The notes under the pieces were generated by a model, which was given only the letters and a program-made list of their open reading frames with translations, was not told the origin of the DNA and did not search any database. From an uncultured Butyrivibrio sp. (GTDB taxonomy: Bacteria > Bacillota > Clostridia > Lachnospirales > Lachnospiraceae), in NCBI GenBank assembly GCA_946624415.1, contig CAMOSB010000002.1, forward strand, positions 38,534 through 102,533: 64,000 nucleotides of DNA. The letters are read 5' to 3'. Shown here one piece after another: positions 56,762 to 64,000 of this stretch. Every line of letters starts with the position of its first letter. Positions within the stretch are counted from its first letter, which is position 1. The position numbers were made by a program, and so were the translations under genes.

Positions 56762-59314
56762 TTAAGCCAGAACTCCTGCGTACTCGTAGCCGGCCTCTTC
56801 TACTGCTGCCTTGATGGCTGCCTCGTCAACGTCCTTGGAATTGGTGATGGTAACCAGGTTCTCCTCGTGAGATGCTACAGCGCTCTCGATTCCGTCGATT
56901 GCCTCCAAAGCCTTCTTTACATGAGCCTCACAGTGTGCACACATCATTCCGTTTACTTTGATCTTCATTTCTTTATCCTCCATTGTTGTTTCAATATTTG
57001 TTTTTTGTTCTATTAAACTCCCTGTTACGGGGTTTTTAACTTGTCTGTCTCTCCTGCTGTCGTAGGGCTTTATCCAGTTAAGGCGCAGTGCATTCGATAC
57101 CACGCAAAAGCTCGAAAGGCCCATGGCTGCTGCTCCGAATATGGGGTTAAGCTCCCACCCGAAAGCTGCCACGTAACAGCCTGCTGCCAGGGGGATTCCC
57201 AAAGCGTTGTAAAAGAAAGCCCAGAAGAGATTCTCATGGATATTCCTTAAGGTACTTCTTGATATCCTTATGGCAGCTGCTACGTCTTTAATGCTGCTCT
57301 TCATAAGGACCACGTCCGCTGCATCAATGGCAACATCAGTTCCTGCGCCGATGGCTATTCCAAGGTCTGCACTGGTGAGTGCCGGGGCGTCATTGATGCC
57401 GTCGCCCACCATGGTCACCGTTCCGTGTTCCATGAGCTTTCTGATGATGGCTTCTTTGCCGTCGGGCTTAACGGATGCCACCACTTCATCGACTCCTGCC
57501 TGCCCTGCTATTGCTGCTGCCGTAACTTCGTTATCGCCGGTGAGCATCACTGTATGGATTCCCAGCTTTTTAAGCTCTGCTATAGCTTCAGGAGAGTCTT
57601 CTTTTATAACGTCCGAAACTCCGATTATTCCAAGGAGAGAACTTCCCTTTGCAAAAAGAACCGGTGTCTTACCCTCTATGGACAGACTCTTTATAAGTGC
57701 TTCCGTCTCTGCACTTAAGCTGCCGATGATACTTCCAATGTATTTGGCGCTTCCGCCACTTATAATGTCCGCGCCAAGTCTTGCCTTAAGACCGTTCCCT
57801 GAAAGGGCCTCAAACTCTGTGGTCTCTTCGAGGGCCAATTTCTTTTCTCCGGCGTATTCTGTCACAGCTCTGGAGATTGGATGCTCACTCTTTGATTCCA
57901 GAGCGTAAGCTACTGTCAAAAGCTCTTTTTCCGAAACTCCATCCAGGGGATGGATGTCGGTAACCTTCATCTCTCCGGTGGTGATGGTCCCGGTCTTATC
58001 AAGGGCAAGGATCTGAGTCCTGCCGGCCTGCTCCAGGGAAGCTGCCGTCTTAAAGAGGATTCCGGTCTTAGCCGCTACACCGTTTCCAACCATAATTGCT
58101 ACAGGGGTAGCAAGCCCAAGAGCACAGGGACAGCTTATAACAAGGACTGAAACAGCCCTGGCAATAGCGTAGCCCACAGTCTGCCCTGTCAGCATCCAGA
58201 CTATAAATGTCACAAGTGCAATCCCGATAACCACGGGAACGAAAACTCCCGAAACCTTATCAGCGATCTTGGCAATGGGCGCCTTCGTCGCTGCTGCATC
58301 GCTCACCATCCTGATGATGGCTGAAAGGGTTGTATCCTGACCGACCCTTGTGGCCTCGCAGACCATGTAGCCTGAGGTATTGATGGTGGCGGCAGACACT
58401 GTGTCGCCCACATTCTTCTCCACGGGAACGCTCTCACCGGTAAGAGCCGACTCATTCACCGCGCTCTCACCCTCAGACACGATACCGTCCACGGGTATGC
58501 TGTCACCGGGTCTTACGACAAACTTATCTCCAACCTTCACCTTTTCAATAGGGACGGTAACTTCCTCTCCATCCCTGATCACAACTGCAGTCTTGGGCGA
58601 AAGATCCATCAGTCCCTTAAGGGCATTGGTGGTCTTTCCCTTGGACCTTGCTTCCAGCATCTTCCCCACAGTGATCAGCGTAAGGATCATGGCTGCTGCC
58701 TCGAAGTAGAACTGATTCATGAAGTACATGACCCTGTCTGTGTCTCCGGTTTGAACAGCGCCCGTCATACCAAAGAGCGCTACCACGCTGTATACGTAGG
58801 ATGCCGTGGAGCCAAGCGCCACCAGGGTATCCATATTGGGGGATCTGTGAAGCAGCCCCTTAAATCCGTTAATAAAAAACTTCTGATTGATGACCAGCAC
58901 CAGTCCTGATAAAAGGAGCTGATACAGTCCCATTGCCACGTGGTTCCCATCAAGGAATCCCGGCAGTGGCCAGTTCCATAACATGTGCCCCATGGACACA
59001 TACATAAGCGGGATCAAAAGAGCTAATGACGCAATAAGCCTCTTTCTCATCTTAGGGGTCTCGGTGTCCTTCAGGGAATCATCTGAAGCCGGAGCCTTCG
59101 CTGCATCCTCGCTTCCGCCCTTGATAGTGGCTCCGTACCCTGCAGCCTCCACAGCTGCTATTATTTCTTGGGGACTGGCCGTGCCCTCGACTCCCATGGA
59201 GTTAGTCAGAAGGCTTACCGCACAGCTCTCAACGCCGTCCACGGCACTGACCGCCTTCTCAACTCTGGTCTGACAGGCAGCACAGCTCATCCCTGTTACT
59301 TTATATTGTTCCAT
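56762..59314 (-). CDS. copA: copper-translocating P1B-type ATPase
   Basis: GMSCAAC, TGES, CPCALG, DKTGT, HP, GDGIND, YN, C-terminal GMMCAHC. Confidence 0.95.
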   Translation of the reverse strand: MEQYKVTGMSCAACQTRVEKAVSAVDGVESCAVSLLTNSMGVEGTASPQEIIAAVEAAGYGATIKGGSEDAAKAPASDDSLKDTETPKMRKRLIASLALLIPLMYVSMGHMLWNWPLPGFLDGNHVAMGLYQLLLSGLVLVINQKFFINGFKGLLHRSPNMDTLVALGSTASYVYSVVALFGMTGAVQTGDTDRVMYFMNQFYFEAAAMILTLITVGKMLEARSKGKTTNALKGLMDLSPKTAVVIRDGEEVTVPIEKVKVGDKFVVRPGDSIPVDGIVSEGESAVNESALTGESVPVEKNVGDTVSAATINTSGYMVCEATRVGQDTTLSAIIRMVSDAAATKAPIAKIADKVSGVFVPVVIGIALVTFIVWMLTGQTVGYAIARAVSVLVISCPCALGLATPVAIMVGNGVAAKTGILFKTAASLEQAGRTQILALDKTGTITTGEMKVTDIHPLDGVSEKELLTVAYALESKSEHPISRAVTEYAGEKKLALEETTEFEALSGNGLKARLGADIISGGSAKYIGSIIGSLSAETEALIKSLSIEGKTPVLFAKGSSLLGIIGVSDVIKEDSPEAIAELKKLGIHTVMLTGDNEVTAAAIAGQAGVDEVVASVKPDGKEAIIRKLMEHGTVTMVGDGINDAPALTSADLGIAIGAGTDVAIDAADVVLMKSSIKDVAAAIRISRSTLRNIHENLFWAFFYNALGIPLAAGCYVAAFGWELNPIFGAAAMGLSSFCVVSNALRLNWIKPYDSRRDRQVKNPVTGSLIEQKTNIETTMEDKEMKIKVNGMMCAHCEAHVKKALEAIDGIESAVASHEENLVTITNSKDVDEAAIKAAVEEAGYEYAGVLA

Positions 59315-59335
59315 ATTCTCACCTAATGCTCTCTG

Positions 59336-59671
59336 TTACTTCATCAGCTTCTGCAGCGTGGTAACCAGTTCATCTATAACTTCGTCATTGCCCTGTCTGA
59401 TGTTATCTGCCACGCAGGTCCTCATATGATTGGCCAAAAGAGCCTTGTTAAAGCTGTTGAGCGCACTGGTAATAGCTGAGACCTGTACAAGTACGTCAGT
59501 GCAGTAGGCATCATTTTCAAGCATTCCTTCAACGCCTCTGACCTGTCCCTCGATCCTCTTAAGTCTGTTCATCAGGTCCTTGTACTCTTTCTCGTCCCTG
59601 GTCTTGTGCTTGCCTGAGCAGTATGGACAGGACTCCTCCATATTCTCTGCTGAATTCTGTTTATCCGGCAT
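59336..59671 (-). CDS. csoR: CsoR copper-sensing repressor
   Basis: RLKRIEGQVRG, YCTDVL.Q, H..TC. Confidence 0.92.
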   Translation of the reverse strand: MPDKQNSAENMEESCPYCSGKHKTRDEKEYKDLMNRLKRIEGQVRGVEGMLENDAYCTDVLVQVSAITSALNSFNKALLANHMRTCVADNIRQGNDEVIDELVTTLQKLMK

Positions 59672-59690
59672 ATTAACATCTCCCTTCATA

Positions 59691-59747
59691 TACCCCCTTG
59701 GGGTATCAAAGTGATTGTATAATATACCCTATAGGGGTATTTGTCAA
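59691..59747 (-). promoter_or_regulatory. csoR-copA promoter with two CsoR operators
   Basis: TACCCCCTTGGGGTA (59691-59705) and TACCCTATAGGGGTA (59725-59739), the latter inside TTGACA-17-TATTAT. Confidence 0.85.
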
Positions 59748-59750
59748 TAG

Positions 59751-61133
59751 CTATGACACTTCTTCTGTGAGTACATCACTATTGTCGATCACGGCCTTCC
59801 CCAGCCATTTCTTTTTATACCAGTAGTACATGACGATAAGTCCTCTGATACATTCATCCGTTGCAGTTCCTATAAAGATTCCCGCAACGCCCACTCCAAG
59901 CATAACTCCCACAGCATAGCCTGTAGTAAGTCCAAGCCCCCAGTTGCAGGCAAGCCCTGCTATAAACGGGAACATGTAGGCTCCGGCGGCCTTTAAACTG
60001 CTGACAAAGGTCATGTTAAGGCATCGTCCGATCTCCACCAATATGTCCACTATCATTATCTTTTGCCCAAGAGCAATTATGTTCAGATTGTCCGTAAAAA
60101 TGTGGAGCGTGTATCTGCAGAAGATAGCGTTTATGCATGCCAGGGCTATCGTTATGGGCATAGAAGTTCGAAGGGTCCTGAACACTCTTTTATATGCCTC
60201 TTCCGTTTTCCCCGCACCAACCAGATGCCCTGTGATTATCTGGGTTGACATGGCACAGGCATTGGAGAAGATCATGGCAAAAGAGATAAGGGTATTACAA
60301 TAGGCCCTGGCATTAACCGCGTCATTTCCCATGGCATTAACAAATGAGAGAAGTGTTGTCTGATAAAGGTTATAGGTAAGGCTTTCTCCGGCAGAGGGAA
60401 GACCGATTTTGATCATCTGGGCAAGGAGCTTAAAGGGGAATGGATTCAGATAGCGCAGGGAAAGCTTTCCTGTCCTTGTCACATAGAAGAATGTGATAAG
60501 AGCGCACACTGCCAGGAGCCTCGCAACTACCGTAGATATGGCAACACCGGCAACACCCATGTTAAGAAACTTTAATGGGCCGTACAGGAAGCAATAGTTC
60601 CCGACTATATTGATAATATTGATGCCAAATGTGACCCACATGCCGATCTTGGTATATCCGTTACACCTCAGTATCTGGAGCATTACGTTGGATACCGCCA
60701 TCACAAATCCACCGCCACCGACAATATAAATATATGTCATGGAAAAGGGGCGCATCTCGGGGGACACGTGAAGGAAGTCCATGATAAAGGGATTGGCTGC
60801 GCAAAAAGCAGCGCTAAGTGTAATTCCAAATACAAGGTTAACCACGACTGCCAGGGTATATATCATGTTCATGCGGTCATATAATTTGGCACCAAGATAC
60901 TGAGCCACAACTACACTTGTAGCCGTGGCTATGATATTGAAAAGTATGATCATCATGAACATGATGGTATTTGCATTTCCCACCGCTCCCACTGCATATT
61001 CGTCATAGTGACTGAGCATAACGGTATCCACATTATGCAGCATGGTATTAAGAAGGAGTTCTAAAAACATGGGCCCTGCCAGTACCAGGAGGGGGGTATT
61101 TTCGTCTATTACAGTATTTTTTCTCTTTTCCAT
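59751..61133 (-). CDS. MATE family efflux transporter
   Basis: LA.P...E, VD..MLS, AVGAVG, AQYLGA, GVAGVAIST, IGLPSAGE. Confidence 0.92.
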   Translation of the reverse strand: MEKRKNTVIDENTPLLVLAGPMFLELLLNTMLHNVDTVMLSHYDEYAVGAVGNANTIMFMMIILFNIIATATSVVVAQYLGAKLYDRMNMIYTLAVVVNLVFGITLSAAFCAANPFIMDFLHVSPEMRPFSMTYIYIVGGGGFVMAVSNVMLQILRCNGYTKIGMWVTFGINIINIVGNYCFLYGPLKFLNMGVAGVAISTVVARLLAVCALITFFYVTRTGKLSLRYLNPFPFKLLAQMIKIGLPSAGESLTYNLYQTTLLSFVNAMGNDAVNARAYCNTLISFAMIFSNACAMSTQIITGHLVGAGKTEEAYKRVFRTLRTSMPITIALACINAIFCRYTLHIFTDNLNIIALGQKIMIVDILVEIGRCLNMTFVSSLKAAGAYMFPFIAGLACNWGLGLTTGYAVGVMLGVGVAGIFIGTATDECIRGLIVMYYWYKKKWLGKAVIDNSDVLTEEVS

Positions 61134-61251
61134 AAGAATTTATATTATCAGTGTAAACATTCCCAGACCTCTTATGCTTTGGAATGGGGATTATCATTTT
61201 TTGACAGCCGGCCAGGTTTGCGCATCGGGCTTGTGCCTCGGCTTTGCTTTC

Positions 61252-61731
61252 TTAAAGTTCTTTTAAGAAAAACCTGTTCATGGTGGAGTGAACAACAGCC
61301 TCCGGCTTCTCAATCTCCGTAAATCCCGCTCTTTCGTAGACGTGGATGGCTGCAGCAAGGTTGTCGTGGGTCTCGAGATAAATGCGCTTATATCCCAGCT
61401 CTTTTGCCTTGTCCTCTACCAGAGAAATAAGCTTATAGCTAAGCCCTGCGCCCTTGACCTCATCTGCCAGGTAGAGCTTTTGAAGCTCGCAGCACTCCTC
61501 AATAAATTCCAGCTCTGCCAGTCCAATACCCCCGATCACCCTGCCATCGTCATCGGTCACAATGAAGTAACAGCGCTTATCAGGCCGTGCCAGATAGAAG
61601 TCACTTAAGTGATTTAAGTTGTCATCATAGTAGACCGTTCCCGGTATATCAAGAGCAAACTTTTTTAGATTGACCCTGATCAGATCAGCCAGCGCCAGAT
61701 CATATTCAGGTTTTATTACACTGATTGTCAT
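61252..61731 (-). CDS. GNAT family acetyltransferase
   Basis: CELQKLYL...KGAGL, YLET...L.AA...Y...GF. Confidence 0.88.
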   Translation of the reverse strand: MTISVIKPEYDLALADLIRVNLKKFALDIPGTVYYDDNLNHLSDFYLARPDKRCYFIVTDDDGRVIGGIGLAELEFIEECCELQKLYLADEVKGAGLSYKLISLVEDKAKELGYKRIYLETHDNLAAAIHVYERAGFTEIEKPEAVVHSTMNRFFLKEL

Positions 61732-61776
61732 TTTGCATACCTCCATCAACTCTAATGAATATAATACCCTATTCTA

Positions 61777-62036
61777 TTATGTTAGTTCCTGCTTTTTTCC
61801 TTACTGGCATAATCATTTGGAAGTATTTTTATGCTGATTTGAAATTTTTTTCTTCCTGACATAAGTTTTTAGTGGGTTATTTATGTTAGAAACATGGTTT
61901 CCACGTATCAACATAATTCCAGATCAATTTCTTTATGTTACCTGCATGATTTCGTCATTCCAACATAATTCCAGATCAATTTACTTATGTTAACTGTTCA
62001 ATTATCGTATCCCAACATAATTCCAGACAAAAAAAG
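61777..62036. repeat. five 52-bp units of TTATG(TTA)-variable-(AA)CATAA-variable
   Basis: TTATG at 61777, 61829, 61881, 61933, 61985; CATAA at 61808, 61860, 61912, 61964, 62016. Confidence 0.85.
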
Positions 62037-62069
62037 AGCCATCCGACATTGGTTCGCCGGATAGCTCTT
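62029..62069 (-). terminator. terminator of the AEC/gpx-relic transcript
   Basis: AAGAGCCATCCG..CGGATAGCTCTT with U7 on the minus strand. Confidence 0.7.
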
Positions 62070-62097
62070 AGATTTCTACAACTTCCTTAAATTCCAT
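62068..62097 (-). pseudogene. 9-codon relic with strong RBS (possibly a collapsed nitroreductase gene)
   Basis: AGGAGG-acgct-ATG MEFKEVVEI*, directly followed by a terminator. Confidence 0.4.
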
Positions 62098-62133
62098 AGC
62101 GTCCTCCTGTAGGTAAAAAATTATTATAAAATA

Positions 62134-62325
62134 TTACAGCAATGAAGCGATGCAAGCTTCAACTTCTTTTACATCTGCTGTGGGCTCAAAACGGGCAACG
62201 ACATTTCCTTCTCTGTCGATGATGAACTTTGTAAAGTTCCACTTGATGTCAGCCTTCTTCATCTGAGGGAATGTGGTGTTGTAATGCAAAGTGCAGAACT
62301 CATGGATCTCCTCATCTGTTCCTGC
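62134..62325 (-). pseudogene. glutathione peroxidase relic (5' missing, internally deleted); absent from the ORF track
   Basis: GTDEEIHEFCTLHYNTTFPQMKK|ADIKWNFTKFIIDREGNVVARFEP..*. Confidence 0.85.
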
Positions 62326-62339
62326 ATGTCAGGTTGAGT

Positions 62340-63290
62340 TCAGGCAAACTTATAAATAAACGCACAGACTGCGTAAACAATTATCGTTATTATCATGTAG
62401 ATGGAATTGGTTGTGGAGACATAGGAACACCCTTCCGGATTCTTAATATAGGTCTGCATAGAAAAGGTTGTCGGAACACTCATATAGATGACTTCAGCCA
62501 TTATGAACTGAAGGTCACCTTCATAGAGCCTGGAGATTGCAAACACCACCACGGCAATTGCGCAGCTCTGGATCAGAAGACGGCATATAACCGGCTTAAG
62601 CACTTCTCTGATTTTCTCAAGATTCAGGTCAAAATCGTAACCAACTGCTAACAGGATCATGGCGTTCAAAGGCGCAACGATCATCTTTTCACATCCCAGA
62701 TAGACAGGGCCTAAGGGCTGAGCCAGAAACCACTTCATGATACCCGTTGTACCAAGGATAACGCCCAGTACTGCGCCGATGAAGGTGGGTGTATGCAGGG
62801 CAGAAAGAGCTAATGCCTTGGGAGAAATGCTCTCTCCCTTTTCCTGCTGCTGAAGCATTCCCATCCATATGGAAAAGCCAAAAAGCAATCCGGATATATC
62901 AAGAAGCGCAATCTTAGAAAGGGCATCTGCTCCGCAAAGATTTGAATAGAGCGGATATGCCAGCATACCTCCCTCGTAAAGGCTCATGAGGAAGGGAATA
63001 TACTTTGCACGATCTTTAGGGAATAATGGACGGATCAGGAAACCACAGCCAAAGGTACAGAGTTCAACAATGATAAGAACTAAGACAAGCACTGCAGTTT
63101 TGCCGGTGTAATCTGCTGTTGCCAGAGCATGAAAAACAGCGACCGTCAGCATGATCCTGGAAACCAGAAACTTAATATCATCAATGCCCTTGCGGGAGAT
63201 CCACTGAGTTTTCTTAAGGAACACTCCGACAAATATCATCCCGATAACAGGCAAAATTGCTGCTAATACTTCAATAAAAGAATTCGACAT
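62340..63290 (-). CDS. AEC (auxin efflux carrier) family transporter
   Basis: About 10 TM; EGGMLAYPLY, P..MILL.VGY. Confidence 0.8.
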   Translation of the reverse strand: MSNSFIEVLAAILPVIGMIFVGVFLKKTQWISRKGIDDIKFLVSRIMLTVAVFHALATADYTGKTAVLVLVLIIVELCTFGCGFLIRPLFPKDRAKYIPFLMSLYEGGMLAYPLYSNLCGADALSKIALLDISGLLFGFSIWMGMLQQQEKGESISPKALALSALHTPTFIGAVLGVILGTTGIMKWFLAQPLGPVYLGCEKMIVAPLNAMILLAVGYDFDLNLEKIREVLKPVICRLLIQSCAIAVVVFAISRLYEGDLQFIMAEVIYMSVPTTFSMQTYIKNPEGCSYVSTTNSIYMIITIIVYAVCAFIYKFA

Positions 63291-63331
63291 AAAAAGCTCC
63301 ACTCACATATTTCCACGAAGGTTTAATAAAA

Positions 63332-64000
63332 TTATTCAAACAATTGTTTTTTCAGTTTACGGCCGGTAGGTGTGGAAGCAAGTCCGCCTCCGGCTGTTTC
63401 TTTCAGGGAATCAGGAAGAGCATCCCCGACTTCCTTCATGGCATCAAAACATTCATCCACCGGGATCTTGGCTTCGATTCCTGCAAGGGCCATGTCTGCA
63501 CTGGAAAAGGCGATCATAAGGCCGGATGCATTTCTTTTAATGCAGGGGATCTCCACAAGTCCTGCTACAGGGTCACAGACAAGGCCCATCTGACTTGATA
63601 TTGCCATGGCGCAGGCATCCGCGCACTGCATAGGTGTTCCGCCCTTTAATTCCACCAGTGCTGCTGCAGCCATAGCCGCAGCACTTCCGCACTCAGCCTG
63701 ACATCCGCCCCTGGCACCTGATATGCTTGCCCTGTTTGCGATGACTATGCCAAAGGCTGCGGCAGTGAACATGCTCATTATGATGTCTTTTTCAGAAAAC
63801 TCTTTATCCTCAAAAAGGCTTACCAGGCAGCCCGGAAGAATACCGCAGCTCCCTGCAGTAGGTGCAGCCACGATCCTTCCCATGCTCGCGTTGCAGCCGG
63901 CAACAGCCAGAGCCCTTGCCAGGGCCTTTGCCATGAAGGGTCCGCAGAGTGCATCTTTATGATCTGCATATTCGTTCATAAGATAGCCTTCACCGCCTGT
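63332..64000 (-). CDS. sdaAA: L-serine dehydratase, Fe-S dependent, alpha subunit (5' beyond window)
   Basis: NASMGRIVAAPTAGSCG, GGCQAECG, GLVCDPVAGLVEIPCIKRN, ETAGGGLA. Confidence 0.93.
   Translation of the reverse strand, partial: TGGEGYLMNEYADHKDALCGPFMAKALARALAVAGCNASMGRIVAAPTAGSCGILPGCLVSLFEDKEFSEKDIIMSMFTAAAFGIVIANRASISGARGGCQAECGSAAAMAAAALVELKGGTPMQCADACAMAISSQMGLVCDPVAGLVEIPCIKRNASGLMIAFSSADMALAGIEAKIPVDECFDAMKEVGDALPDSLKETAGGGLASTPTGRKLKKQLFE

Noticed and set aside
61777-62036. Canonical CRISPR array or dif site
   Set aside because: Spacers of only ~21 nt, degenerate repeats and no cas genes; dif needs a 6-bp centre but this has 16. Kept as an unexplained array.

Overview
Chromosomal accessory/metabolic region from a low-to-moderate-GC Firmicute; gene content and style suggest a Lachnospiraceae such as Butyrivibrio (inference). 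It holds about 60 CDS: transporters (NhaC, PutP-like, BASS, ZIP, MATE, AEC, CopA with CsoR), three c-di-GMP signalling proteins with unusual architectures, a GH13, a serpin, a SUV3-like helicase, a MutS-V-only ATPase and an Fe-S/HxlR redox module. No rRNA, tRNA, cas genes or intact transposase were seen. The most notable non-obvious signals are: (1) an unannotated ~165-nt sRNA with the promoter and anti-start-codon architecture of streptococcal CiaR-dependent csRNAs (18081-18286); (2) an exactly 52-bp-phased array of inverted TTATG/CATAA motifs with variable spacers (61777-62036); (3) a composite, highly structured MITE with 15-bp terminal inverted repeats and a 54-bp tandem cargo (21346-22139), plus a remnant of the same end at 6838; (4) up to six gene relics that appear collapsed by deletions, several at short microhomologies (ORF6N, flotillin, NUDIX, methyltransferase, glutathione peroxidase, possible nitroreductase); (5) an ECF-S-component/beta-propeller/Y_Y_Y/HD-GYP sensor co-encoded with a BMP-family binding protein. 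All calls come from reading motifs by eye; no database searches were run.
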